In this document: piece after piece, positions 11,589-22,800 of the stretch
How the letters are laid out: every line of letters begins with the position of its first letter
How positions within the stretch are numbered: position 1 is the stretch's first letter
Assembly: GCA_965203965.1 (NCBI GenBank)
Contig: CBDBDR010000017.1
Location: forward strand, 736,001 to 800,000
DNA length: 64,000 nucleotides
DNA from: Thermodesulfobacteriota bacterium
GTDB taxonomy: Bacteria > Desulfobacterota_D > UBA1144 > Nemesobacterales > JAJCZQ01
Direction: 5' to 3'
Translations under genes and position numbers: made by a program
Notes under the pieces: model-generated
What the model saw: the letters and a program-made list of their open reading frames with translations, nothing else
Databases searched by the model: none
What the model was told of the DNA's origin: nothing

Positions 11589-14492
11589 TTGAACAAATTT
11601 CTAAAAACACTCAACAGTAGTTTACTTATTGTCATACTAACTCCGTTGCTTTTGTCACTCTTTTTAATTTCCAGCAGGACCACGACTCATCAGCAGCACG
11701 AAGTATATAATTTCAAGGTACTGTCCTCCGCTCTCAAATATATTGATAAATACTATGTGGATAAAGCAAAAATTGACCCCAATCAGATGGTCATTGACGG
11801 ACTTAATAAGCTGGAAAGAACGATCAATGAAGTCTTAGTAGTTTTTCCCAACCCTGAGAACAGTTCCAATTTCACCATACAGGTAGATAAAAACACAAAA
11901 ACATACAGGGATTTGAAGATCAATGATTGGAAAGATGTTAGTGATATTATGCAGGAAGTTTTCTCATTCATAGTTCCTCATCTGAAAGATGATCGGGTAA
12001 AAACCGTTGATATAGAACACGCAGTTACAGACAAAATGCTCAAAACACTTGATCAATATTCGGGCATTATAACCCCTGAAATTTACAATGAATTTATAAT
12101 AGAGACCGAAGGGAGCTTCAGCGGACTGGGGATAGTGATAGGGGTCAGAGATGGAGATCTTACGGTAATTTCCCCGATTGAAGGCACACCGGCATACAAA
12201 GCCGGGATAAAGCCAAACGACAAAATAGTGCAGATAGAAAATGAATCAACAATCAACATGTCTCTGACTGAAGCAGTGAGTAAGATGAGAGGAAAAAAGG
12301 GAACCGACATAACAATATATATTGAGCGGGACACTTCCACCGAGACAAAAGAATACAGGATAACAAGGGACACAATAAAAATTGAAAGCGTTGAAAACTT
12401 TGACCTCGAAAATGGCATACTCTACCTGAGGATCAGAGACTTTCAGAAAAACACTGTTAAAAGTCTGAAAAATGCAATAAAAGAGAAAAAAGAGAATATA
12501 AGCGGGGTTATACTGGATTTGAGAGAAAATCCTGGAGGACTGCTTGATCAGGCACAAAGAGTGTCTGATATTTTTCTTTCCACTGGAGCTATCGTGACCA
12601 CCAAGGTTGGCAACTCCAGTAAAAGTTATTATGCAAAACCAGACCGCACTGAATTTGAAGGGAAAATCGTTGTGCTTGTGAATTCAGGAAGTGCAAGTGC
12701 CTCTGAAATCGTTGCAGGTGCATTAAAAAATAATCAAAGAGCAATAGTAATTGGTGAAAGGACTTTTGGAAAAGGTTCGGTTCAGCAAATCTTTGAATTG
12801 AAGGATAGATCTGCTTTAAAGCTCACCGTTGCAAGTTACCTGACACCTGGGAACATCTCAATTCAAGACGTGGGAATTACACCCGACATTGCATTGGATC
12901 AAGTGATAATATCAGAAGAAAAAGTGATATACAACAGCTACAAGGAGCAAGACAAAATGGCAAGCGAGCCGTCATACAAGCTCAAATATCTGTATAAATC
13001 ACCATCAGACGCGGAAAAAGACCCCCCTCTCCCCGAGGAAGCAATGACTAAAAAAGAAAAAAAACAGAAATTAAACGACGACTTTGCAGTTCGCCTCGCA
13101 AAAAGCATTATTGAATTCCCAAACACTACAAACAAGAAAGAATCTTTGGAGAAAATCAGACAGGTAATTGATAATTTCGCATCTGAAGAAGAAAGCAATA
13201 TTGAATCTAAATGGAAAGAACTCGGGATAGACTGGTCATTTGGAGACGGTCCCAATCCCAACCCGGAAATACTGTTTGACATACATCCATCAAGTCCGGA
13301 ACTTATAGCGGGGGAAAAAGGGGTGATAACCGTATCGGTAAAAAATAACGGCAGTAGTCCCATTTACAGATTGAGGGCAATAACTGTTTCGGACAACCCT
13401 ATTTTCAACAGTAAAGAGCTAATATACGGAAAACTTACACCGGGTCAATCAAAGAACTGGAACATTAAATTTGATATTCCAAAATGGACTAGCACAAGGA
13501 ACGACAAAATAGATATTAAGCTATTTCAATCAGGAGACGTGGAAATTGAAGGAAGCAATTTTAATATAACCACACTGGCAAAGGATAAGCCTCTCTTCGC
13601 CTACAACTTTGAAATTGTGGATGACGGAAGGTATGGATCAATGGGTAACGGTAATAGCAAACCGGAAAATGGAGAGCATCTATCGGTCGTATTCAATATA
13701 AAAAATATAGGAACTGGAATATCTCCCAAAACCATCGTTACACTCAAAAACCTATCGGGAAGTGCTTTATATCTTGAAAAGGGGAGATTTGAATTTACGG
13801 ACTTAGCTCCCGGGAAAAATACAACGGCTCCCTTTCTTTTTAGAGTCACTGATAATCAAGGTAAAGATGACATAAAATTAGAGATAAATATTCTCGATGA
13901 AGTCTTCAGAAAAGGAATAAAAAGCAACTTACATATTACAAACTCAAATGATAGTAAGAAATTTACCGCTTCTGAAGGCTCGGTAGTCATAGTAGGGAAA
14001 AACCCACAAATCAAAGGAGAAGCCAACAACACGCCGATAATTTACAATACACAAAAAGGCTCAGTATTTGATCTGCTTGGCTACACGGATAAGTATGTAA
14101 AGATCAGACTGTCAGATAAAAGAGCAGGATGGGTATTAAAAAAAGACGTCATTATTAAGAATAAAAAGACCAAAAGAGCAGAAGGTAAATCCGTTATTAG
14201 TGAAATTTTTTATAGCCAACCCGTAATAAATATTGCAAGCACACCTTTAATAACGAACAAAGAAGAGATAAATATCAGTGGTGTCGTCGTTGATAGTGAT
14301 AAAATAGAAAGTATTTCCATTTTTAAGGGAGATGATAAGATCAAGCTTCTTACCCCTGCAAAAAACAATCAAGAGTTTTCATTTAAACCCAAACTGGATA
14401 ATGGCACAAATATTTTCAGCATAGTTGCAAAAGACATAAGTGGCTTATTTTCCAGAAAAACTATTACAATCAGGAAGTCTGATCAATCATAA
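11589..14492 (+). CDS. Long-form S41 carboxyl-terminal processing protease (PDZ + S41 + C-terminal Ig-like/SH3-like domains)
   Basis: GLGIVI PDZ motif, DLRENPGGLL, SASASEIVAGAL, TFGKGSVQ, plus about 500 extra C-terminal residues rich in beta-type sequence. Confidence 0.85.
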   Translation: MNKFLKTLNSSLLIVILTPLLLSLFLISSRTTTHQQHEVYNFKVLSSALKYIDKYYVDKAKIDPNQMVIDGLNKLERTINEVLVVFPNPENSSNFTIQVDKNTKTYRDLKINDWKDVSDIMQEVFSFIVPHLKDDRVKTVDIEHAVTDKMLKTLDQYSGIITPEIYNEFIIETEGSFSGLGIVIGVRDGDLTVISPIEGTPAYKAGIKPNDKIVQIENESTINMSLTEAVSKMRGKKGTDITIYIERDTSTETKEYRITRDTIKIESVENFDLENGILYLRIRDFQKNTVKSLKNAIKEKKENISGVILDLRENPGGLLDQAQRVSDIFLSTGAIVTTKVGNSSKSYYAKPDRTEFEGKIVVLVNSGSASASEIVAGALKNNQRAIVIGERTFGKGSVQQIFELKDRSALKLTVASYLTPGNISIQDVGITPDIALDQVIISEEKVIYNSYKEQDKMASEPSYKLKYLYKSPSDAEKDPPLPEEAMTKKEKKQKLNDDFAVRLAKSIIEFPNTTNKKESLEKIRQVIDNFASEEESNIESKWKELGIDWSFGDGPNPNPEILFDIHPSSPELIAGEKGVITVSVKNNGSSPIYRLRAITVSDNPIFNSKELIYGKLTPGQSKNWNIKFDIPKWTSTRNDKIDIKLFQSGDVEIEGSNFNITTLAKDKPLFAYNFEIVDDGRYGSMGNGNSKPENGEHLSVVFNIKNIGTGISPKTIVTLKNLSGSALYLEKGRFEFTDLAPGKNTTAPFLFRVTDNQGKDDIKLEINILDEVFRKGIKSNLHITNSNDSKKFTASEGSVVIVGKNPQIKGEANNTPIIYNTQKGSVFDLLGYTDKYVKIRLSDKRAGWVLKKDVIIKNKKTKRAEGKSVISEIFYSQPVINIASTPLITNKEEINISGVVVDSDKIESISIFKGDDKIKLLTPAKNNQEFSFKPKLDNGTNIFSIVAKDISGLFSRKTITIRKSDQS

Positions 14493-14498
14493 CGTTGA

Positions 14499-15425
14499 AT
14501 GATTAAACTCACTATTCTTCGTTTTGCAACTGGAATAATTGTTATACTGATCGTGATAAGTATCACGTTTGTTTTGTTGCGAATTCTACCCGGAGGTCCG
14601 TTTGACAATGAAAAGCAGGTTCCTCCTGCTATAATGAAAAATCTCGAAAAAAAATACAGACTCGATGAACCAATCTGGAAACAGTACGCAATTTACATTA
14701 ATAATCTCCTGAGAGGAGACTTCGGTCCGTCGTACAAATACTTGAACAGATCCGCAAATGATATAGTTAGAAAAACCTTTCCTATATCTATTCAGCTCGG
14801 ACTTGCCGCACTACTTATATCAATCACACTGGGTATATCTCTTGGTATTGTCTCTTCATTATCGCCGGGGAATTTTCTGGACATTTCCACAGCAGTTACG
14901 TCCATTTCTCTCGTTTCTGTCCCAAACTTTGTCATAGGTGCTGTCCTAATTCACGTATTCTCTATAAAACTGGGCTGGCTGCCAGCTGCTTTATGGGGTA
15001 AGCCCGAAAACTACATACTTCCCGCCTTGACTTTAGCATCCGGTTCCACTGCTTACATAGCAAGATTGGTAAGAGCCAATATGATTGAAACGTCAAAAGA
15101 ACTTTATATCAGAACCGCAAAAGCAAAGGGACTTAACAGGTTAAGGATTGTCTTGAAGCATGCTTTGAAAAACGCATTGATCCCGGTCGTTACGGTTCTC
15201 GGACCCGTTTCTGCCTATCTTGTAACGGGGTCATTTGTTGTTGAGCATATATTTGCTATACCGGGTATGGGACGCTTTTTTGTTCTTGCAGTGTCAAATA
15301 GGGATTACTCCGTGGTGCTTGCAATCACAATCATTTACACCGTTATACTTGTAATTGCCAATCTGATTGTGGACGTTTTATACTCTTGGCTGGATCCAAG
15401 GATAAGCTATGAAAGCAAGTCATGA
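14499..15425 (+). CDS. oppB: Oligopeptide/dipeptide ABC permease, OppB-like
   Basis: PGGPF, GDFGPSY, YIRTAKAKGL, VEHIFAIPGMGR, LDPRI. Confidence 0.88.
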   Translation: MIKLTILRFATGIIVILIVISITFVLLRILPGGPFDNEKQVPPAIMKNLEKKYRLDEPIWKQYAIYINNLLRGDFGPSYKYLNRSANDIVRKTFPISIQLGLAALLISITLGISLGIVSSLSPGNFLDISTAVTSISLVSVPNFVIGAVLIHVFSIKLGWLPAALWGKPENYILPALTLASGSTAYIARLVRANMIETSKELYIRTAKAKGLNRLRIVLKHALKNALIPVVTVLGPVSAYLVTGSFVVEHIFAIPGMGRFFVLAVSNRDYSVVLAITIIYTVILVIANLIVDVLYSWLDPRISYESKS

Positions 15426-16156
15426 AAAATATAAAGCTGACCATTGAATACGACGGCACGTCATACAGTGGTTGGCAAAAGCAGCCGGGGAGAAAAACAG
15501 TTCAGAAGGAAATAGAAAACGCAATTTCTAAGATCACGAAAGAAAAATCCATTTTATTTGGGTCGGGAAGAACTGATTCCGGTGTTCATGCACTCGGGCA
15601 AACTGCCAACTTTAAAACTAATTCCAATTTAACCTCCACTCAGATCCAAAAAGCATTGAATGCCGAGTTGTCAAATGATATATCCGTTATCAATGTGAAA
15701 GAAGTCCCGAATATTTTCCATTCCCAGTTCAGCTCAAAAAGCAAAGTATACCTTTATAAGATGCTGAACAGGGATTACAGATCAGCCCATATAAATGGGA
15801 AAGTATGGCTTGTGGAACAGTCGCTCAATATGGAAAATATGAAACACGCGTCAGAATACCTCGTTGGAAAGCATGACTTTAAGGTTTTTGCACACTCTGG
15901 TGTAACGGTCAAGTCCACGGTCAGAACCATTAAGAATACAAAGCTCATCAGAAAAAAAGATATTATCAGTTTTGAAATTGAAGCGGATGGATTTCTGAAA
16001 AGAATGGTAAGGATGATAATAGGAACGCTTGTAAATGTTGGAAAAGAGAAAATCACTCCTGAAGACTTTAAGCATATCCTATACAGTGGTCAAAAAAACA
16101 AATACATCTATACTGCTCCATCACGAGGGCTTTTCTTAAAAAAAGTAAAATACTAA
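15422..16156 (+). CDS. truA: tRNA pseudouridine(38-40) synthase
   Basis: YDGTSYSGWQ, GRTDSGVHALGQ, FLKRMVR, TAPSRGL. Confidence 0.95.
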   Translation: MKNIKLTIEYDGTSYSGWQKQPGRKTVQKEIENAISKITKEKSILFGSGRTDSGVHALGQTANFKTNSNLTSTQIQKALNAELSNDISVINVKEVPNIFHSQFSSKSKVYLYKMLNRDYRSAHINGKVWLVEQSLNMENMKHASEYLVGKHDFKVFAHSGVTVKSTVRTIKNTKLIRKKDIISFEIEADGFLKRMVRMIIGTLVNVGKEKITPEDFKHILYSGQKNKYIYTAPSRGLFLKKVKY

Positions 16157-16175
16157 TGGAGTAAAAGAGTGAATT

Positions 16176-16949
16176 ATGAAAGTAGCAAGATTTCTAGACG
16201 ACAATAGCAAGGGAAAAACCGGGATATTGGAAAACGGAAAGATCAGGGAAATCAGCGGTGATGTATATTCCAAATACAGGGAAAATGGAAAAGTTTATGA
16301 TATTGATAGTGTAAAGATACTGCCTCCTTGCGAACCGACTAAAATAATTGCAGTCGGACTTAACTACAGAGATCATGCAGACGAGATGAAAAGACAACTA
16401 CCTCAAGAACCAATGCTGTTTATGAAGCCGAGTACAGCCATAATTTCTCATAAGGAAGACATAGTTTATCCCGAACATATGTCTAAAAGAGTGGATTATG
16501 AAGGGGAGCTTGCAGTTATAATCGGCAAAAAAGCTCAGATGATAGAAGAATCGGACGCGGAAAACCATATATTCGGCTACACATGTATAAACGACGTAAC
16601 GGCAAGAGACCTTCAGGTAAAGGATATTCAGTTTACAAGGGGCAAGGGGTTTGATACGTTTGCGCCGATTGGACCGTGTATAGAAACCGACCTGAACCAT
16701 GCCAACCTCAACATAAAAACCATCCTAAACGGAAAAATCAGACAAAATTCAAATACAGGTAATTTAATTTTTAAAGTTAGCAAACTTGTCAGCTTTATTT
16801 CAAAAGTAATGACTTTATTGCCGGGGGATATAATAGCAACCGGCACTCCAGGTGGAATCGGTTCAATAGTGCCTGGGGATAAAATACAGGTTGATATAGA
16901 AGGTATCGGCACTTTAGCCAACTTCGTTGTTAGACCTAACCGGAATTAA
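16176..16949 (+). CDS. Fumarylacetoacetate hydrolase family protein
   Basis: VGLNYRDH, DYEGELAV, NDVTARD, GDIIATGTPGG. Confidence 0.9.
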   Translation: MKVARFLDDNSKGKTGILENGKIREISGDVYSKYRENGKVYDIDSVKILPPCEPTKIIAVGLNYRDHADEMKRQLPQEPMLFMKPSTAIISHKEDIVYPEHMSKRVDYEGELAVIIGKKAQMIEESDAENHIFGYTCINDVTARDLQVKDIQFTRGKGFDTFAPIGPCIETDLNHANLNIKTILNGKIRQNSNTGNLIFKVSKLVSFISKVMTLLPGDIIATGTPGGIGSIVPGDKIQVDIEGIGTLANFVVRPNRN

Positions 16950-18711
16950 GTATTGCCATTGCTTGCTGATCATCAGGATCAATCAGACCATACTTCAGCG
17001 CCTTTTTGGCGTGCTTTTTTGCATTCTCAAACTCGCCTAATTCAAAGTATATTCTGGCAGCACCCAAATGTCCTTTGGCATAATTTTTCTTAACTCTTAT
17101 TGATTTCAGAAAATAGGTTTTTGATCTTTCTAACACATCCCTGGATCGTCTTTGTTTACCCACTGAATGATAAATTACTCCAAGATGATAGTACGATTTG
17201 TGAAATCTTTTATCCTCCTTTATCGCATCCAGAAAGGCCTCATGGGCTTTTTGTATCTGTCCTTGCTTCATATAACCAATACCAAGATTGTTCAAAGCAA
17301 TTGATCTGATCATACTTGATGATTTCATATCGTCCTTGAGCCCTCTCCTCAGCACTTTAGCACCTTCATCCAATTTACCGTCATCAATAAGAGCCATACC
17401 GTAATTGACAAGAGGAACTGAACTGTTTGTATCTTTTGCCGCATCTGCCCAAAATGTAACCCTGTTCTTCCATACCGATTGCCTGTGCACCATAAATCCA
17501 CCGAGAATAAAAATTACCAAAACAAACAAGAAAATAGATGCAGATGACAGATTATATTTTTTCGCACAACCCAATTTGTAAAATCCAAATGCAACTAACA
17601 AAGAAAACGGTGCAATAGGCAAATATAAATATCTTTCCGCCAGTGGAGTGGTAGCCACTTGAGTAACGGCAATAAGCGCTGAAGGTCCCAGGGTCAAGAG
17701 AATCCATAAAAGACAGAATCCCTTAAAACCGGTTTTTTTTGTATAAGAATACAGAAATAGATAGCCAATCATTAAAAAACTTAGCAGAGAGCTTATAAGA
17801 TATATAGGGTGTTTTGGAATGTTACTTATAAAGGCACTAAACCAGAAAGGAATCAGTAATTTATAAAAATAGAAAAAATATGTAGCAAAAAGTGCTTTGA
17901 TGGACAATAGATAATTAGCGACACTTCCAGCGCCACCTTCAATTTTTATCTCACTGGAGAAATCAGGTATTATCTTTGTCCCACCTTTTGATCTTAAAAA
18001 CATGTATATCGTGAAAAAAACAATGTATACTGCAAATCTGGTCAAAGATGCTTTTGTAATTTTCCTGTCAGCTATAAGATCACACGCAATCACCACAAAT
18101 GGAAAGGCAAGTGCAAGTTCCTTTGAAAGCATGGAAATGTAGAACAAAAGGCACGTAAAGAAAATAAAATAGCTTCTCCTATATGATACTAAATGGCTAA
18201 TAAACGCCGCGAAAAAGAATAGGCTACACAAAATATCTGTCCTGCCTGCAATCCATGAAACCGACTCAACGTGCATTGGATGAACAACAAATATCAAGGA
18301 TGCGGCAAAGGCAATTATCTCTTTTCCTTCTATACCAAATCGTTTAAGAACAAGTAGGTAAAGAAAAAAAACCAAAATTGAAGTTATAGAATTTAAAATA
18401 AGGTTTGTTAAATGAAAACCAAAAGGTTCTTCCTGCCATATTTTATAGTCATTGGCAAAAGTAAGATGAACCGTAGGCCTGTAGTATCCAGAGCTTTTTT
18501 TTTCTCTCTTCTCCGGAAATATAGAGTCGAAAATACTGAACCTCTCTAATTGGAAATAGCTCTTTTTTATTATAATCACATCATCCCATACAAAATCATG
18601 CTTCAAGGAAGGCAGGTATAACAGAAAAGAAATAATAAGTATTATAAATGCTGCAATGTATTTATTTTGTATGATACGGGAACGTAGTAGTAAATTGTGA
18701 AAATTCTGCAT
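16936..18711 (-). CDS. Multi-pass GT-C type glycosyltransferase with C-terminal TPRs (TMTC-like)
   Basis: FVWDD, YYRP, HPMHVESVSWIAGR, LSKE and AERYLYLP motifs; many TM segments; TPR-like repeats (ALNNLG, YYHLG). Confidence 0.8.
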   Translation of the reverse strand: MQNFHNLLLRSRIIQNKYIAAFIILIISFLLYLPSLKHDFVWDDVIIIKKSYFQLERFSIFDSIFPEKREKKSSGYYRPTVHLTFANDYKIWQEEPFGFHLTNLILNSITSILVFFLYLLVLKRFGIEGKEIIAFAASLIFVVHPMHVESVSWIAGRTDILCSLFFFAAFISHLVSYRRSYFIFFTCLLFYISMLSKELALAFPFVVIACDLIADRKITKASLTRFAVYIVFFTIYMFLRSKGGTKIIPDFSSEIKIEGGAGSVANYLLSIKALFATYFFYFYKLLIPFWFSAFISNIPKHPIYLISSLLSFLMIGYLFLYSYTKKTGFKGFCLLWILLTLGPSALIAVTQVATTPLAERYLYLPIAPFSLLVAFGFYKLGCAKKYNLSSASIFLFVLVIFILGGFMVHRQSVWKNRVTFWADAAKDTNSSVPLVNYGMALIDDGKLDEGAKVLRRGLKDDMKSSSMIRSIALNNLGIGYMKQGQIQKAHEAFLDAIKEDKRFHKSYYHLGVIYHSVGKQRRSRDVLERSKTYFLKSIRVKKNYAKGHLGAARIYFELGEFENAKKHAKKALKYGLIDPDDQQAMAILNSG

Positions 18712-18751
18712 TTGGTTAAAAACGTAGTAGTAGGTTGTGAAGATTCTGTAT
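18681..18751. repeat. 31-bp direct repeat with 40-bp period (27/31 identical)
   Basis: aacgtagtagtaaattgtgaaaattctgcat (18681-18711) versus aacgtagtagtaggttgtgaagattctgtat (18721-18751). Confidence 0.9.
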
Positions 18752-18815
18752 CAGTGAAACTTTAATTAATTCCAGTTAAATTACAACATTACTGAATTTA
18801 ACAGAGGATAGTAAA

Positions 18816-19883
18816 ATGCCAAAAATACTGATGATACCGGGCGATGGAATTGGGGTTGAGGTAATGGGAGTCAGTCTGGAAGTTTTAAGGGCTACAGAAA
18901 GAAAATACAACCTGAAATTTGATATTGAGCATGAGCTTTTTGGTGGAAGTTCAATTGACAAACACGGTTTGCCCGTTACTGAAGCCGTAATTGACAAAGC
19001 AAAAAACGCAGATGCGGTTCTGCTCGGTGCGGTGGGCGGATCAAAATGGGAAAAAATTGAACATCACTTGAAACCTGAGAGTGGTTTGCTAAAACTCAGG
19101 CGGGAGCTCAACACGTTTGCAAATCTACGGCCTGCCATCGTTTATAACGCTCTTGCCAATGCATCAAGTCTGAAAAAAGATATTGTGCAAGACGTAGACA
19201 TAATGGTAGTAAGAGAGTTAACAGGGGGCATATATTTTGGAGAACCGAGAGGGATAAAAAATATAAACGGTGAAGATCTGGGTATAAATACCCTTCGCTA
19301 CACAACATCGGAGATCATAAGAGTTGCAAGGGTAGCTTTTCAAGTTGCAGAGAAAAGAAAAAAGAAAGTCACATCAATAGATAAATCAAACGTGTTGGAA
19401 TCAATGGTGTTGTGGCGAGACACAGTAACGGATCTGCACAATACTGAATTTCCACATATTAATCTTGACCACCTTTACGTTGACAATGCAGCAATGCAGT
19501 TGATAAGAAGACCTAAAACCTTTGATGTAATACTTGCGGGAAATATGTTTGGGGACATTATCAGTGATGAAGCAGCACAGCTTACCGGATCACTTGGTAT
19601 GCTGCCTTCGGCAAGTATTGGAAATAAAGGTGCAATTTATGAACCGGTTCATGGAAGCGCTCCAGACATTGCAGGCAAAAACATAGCCAATCCAATAGCC
19701 TCAATTCTATCACTTTCAATGATGCTCAAGTATTCGTTCAATCTGGAAGCAGAATCAAACAACATTGAAGAAGCAATAAGAAGAGCCTTGAATAAAGGCT
19801 ACAGAACTGCTGATATTTATGAAGAAGGCACGAATAAGGTCGGATGCAGGGAAATGGGCGAGATAATAATCAGAGAACTTTAG
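18816..19883 (+). CDS. leuB: 3-isopropylmalate dehydrogenase
   Basis: PGDGIGVEV, FANLRP, RELTGGIYFG, NMFGDIISDEA, EPVHGSAPDIAG. Confidence 0.96.
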   Translation: MPKILMIPGDGIGVEVMGVSLEVLRATERKYNLKFDIEHELFGGSSIDKHGLPVTEAVIDKAKNADAVLLGAVGGSKWEKIEHHLKPESGLLKLRRELNTFANLRPAIVYNALANASSLKKDIVQDVDIMVVRELTGGIYFGEPRGIKNINGEDLGINTLRYTTSEIIRVARVAFQVAEKRKKKVTSIDKSNVLESMVLWRDTVTDLHNTEFPHINLDHLYVDNAAMQLIRRPKTFDVILAGNMFGDIISDEAAQLTGSLGMLPSASIGNKGAIYEPVHGSAPDIAGKNIANPIASILSLSMMLKYSFNLEAESNNIEEAIRRALNKGYRTADIYEEGTNKVGCREMGEIIIREL

Positions 19884-19895
19884 TAAGCTATTGTT

Positions 19896-22800
19896 TTGAT
19901 AAGTACCACGGAAAAAATTCTTTCAGAAAAATCAAAAATCTCACGCCTGGACAGTATTATAAAGTCCCTGCAAAACAATTCAAAAAATCTCACTGTCTCA
20001 GGTCTTAAAGGCGCGTCTCGGTATTTTCTTGCGGATTTCATAAGCAGACTTTTGAACAGACCTTATATTTATGTATTCAACTCACTTACAGAGGGAAAAA
20101 CAATCTCAAAAAGCCTGAGCTTTTTCAATGGAAAAGATATAAGGACATTCAGGCAAAAAAAACCTCTGAGAAAATCAATTATTGACAACCACGCTGACGA
20201 CCACAGACATCAAAGAATTAGCACACTCATATCTGCAATAAACAGTCAATCGCTTTGTGCAGAAGTAAGATCGTTGTTTGATCCTGTAATACCGAAAGAA
20301 ACTCTCAGTAACAGTGTTACCCAGCTAAAGGTAAATGATGAAATTGAACGAGATGGACTTATTACCAAATTGGATAAGTATGGATACAAGAAAAATGATC
20401 TTGTAAATGCTCCGTGTCAAATAAGCATAAGGGGAGCAATTATTGACCTGTATTCCCCCGGAGACCATAATCCCGTCAGGATTGAATATGAAGGTGACAG
20501 GATAAGATCTCTCAGATATTTTTCTCTCAAATCGCAAAAATCTTTTGAAAAAATCCAATTCGTAAACTTATACCCTGCCAGTGAGTTCATTCCTGACGAT
20601 GATATTGACATCTTGTGTAATAAGATCATGGAGATTGAAAAGCAGGGGAAAATTACAGAAACATTAAAAAACAGCTTTCTTAAATTATTGGAAAATAAAA
20701 CTTACACGGCCAATTTGGAGCAATTAATACCTTTCATCTACGATGAAAGTGAGAGCATTTTGGATTTTTTGGACGAAAGCTACCTTGTATTTCTAGAATT
20801 AACAAATGACCTTGAAGACGAATATAAATCAGCTTTTCAGATAACTAATAAAAACACGTTTGATCCAGAAGGATTTCATAAACTCTCACACGATCTTGAA
20901 CAACTTTATATCACTCCAGATAAAATAAAGGAAAAATTAAAAAGATTTCAGGTCGTAAAAATCAACGACTTTATAACGCTCTCGAAAAATCACTTTAAAT
21001 TTCGGTCACGCACTTCCAGATTACAACCTTCAGAGGTTAAAACACCTGTCCAGAATCTGGTAGAAACCATAAATAATCTCTTAAAAAATAATTTTGATAT
21101 CTTGCTTGTTTCATACAACGAGAATGAGCAGAACAAATTAAAGGAATTGCTGTCAGATTACAACATTCAAAAATTAAACTACTGCGTCGGTAGTATGGAA
21201 AACGGTTTTATACTGGAAGATCTGAAACTCGCCGTTTTTTGTGAAAACGATTTTTCGGAAAAAAAAGGAAAAAATAAGCTCACGGGCAGCAATCCTTACA
21301 AGGAAATCTCATCAGCCTTCATATCTAAATTCAGCGAGTTGAAATTCGGGGATTTTATCGTGCATAGAAATTTTGGAATAGGTATTTACAATGGCTTGAA
21401 AAAATTGAAAGTGGGTGAAAGGGAATGCGATTTCCTTGAGTGCGAATATAGAGATGAGGATAAAATATTTGTCCCCGTGGAAAATCTGAAACTGGTTCAG
21501 AAATATATAGGAGACAATAAAAAACCTTCCATTGACAAATTGAACAGCAATAATTGGAAAAAAACGGTAAAAAAAGTAAAAAAAGCCGTAAATAACATAG
21601 CTAAAGAGTTACTTGACCTATACGCAAAAAGAAAAACCATAAGAGGTTTCAACTTTTCCAGACGAGATCAGTTGTTTAAAGAATTTGAGATGGAATTCGG
21701 TTTTGAAGAAACAGCCGATCAATCCAGAGCAATTGAAGACGTGGTCTCAGACATGGAAAAATCCAAACCAATGGATCGTTTAATATGCGGAGATCCAGGA
21801 TTTGGTAAAACTGAAATAGCCTTACGAGCCTCATTCAAGGCAGCTATGGATAGTAAGCAAACCGCGTTTTTAGTGCCTACAACGTTGCTTGCCAGTCAGC
21901 ACTATGATAATTTCAAACGACGACTGAAAAACTACCCAGTAAACACGGAGGTAATCTCTCGTTTCAAAACTGCCGCGGAATCAAGAAACATACTCAATCA
22001 ATTAAACAGCGGGATTATAGATATCATCATAGGCACTCATAAACTGCTCGGTGAGAAAATAAAATTTAAGAACCTCGGACTTGTTATAATAGACGAGGAG
22101 CATAAATTCGGCGTTAGACATAAAGAAAAACTGAAACTAATATCAAACGGGGTGGATGTGTTGTCTTTGTCTGCTACTCCCATACCGAGATCGCTACAAC
22201 TTTCCCTTGCAAAAATCAGGGATATAAGCATTGTTAGTACTCCACCTATGGGAAGAATACCGGTAAGCGTCTATGTGAATAACTACAGCAGAGAAATCAT
22301 CAGGGAAGCCGTAATGAAAGAGCTTGAAAGGGGTGGGTCGGTATTTTTCATTAACAATAGAGTGGAAAACATATCGGAAGTAGCCGAAAATCTAAAAACA
22401 CTTATACCCGAAGCATCAATCGGGGTAACCCACGGCAGAATGAATGAAAAAACCCTTGAAAATCAAATCTCCCTTTTTATAGATGGAGAGATCAACTTAC
22501 TTGTTACCACGGCAATAGTAGAATCTGGGCTGGACATATCACGGGCAAACACGATCATCGTAAATGATGCACACAAGTTCGGTTTAGCTGATCTCTACCA
22601 GTTAAAAGGAAGGGTCGGCAGGGGAAATATAAAAGCGGATGCATATTTTCTGGTTCCATCAATCAATAAACTCTCAGTAGACGCGAGGAAAAGACTAACA
22701 AAACTTACTGAACTGCAGGATTTGGGGACAGGGTTTCAATTTGCATTGTCCGATTTGGAGATTAGAGGGGCAGGTAGTCTATTTGGAGAAGAGCAATCAG

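Noticed and set aside
18681..18751. CRISPR array
   Set aside because: Only two imperfect copies, a 9-bp gap and no cas genes.
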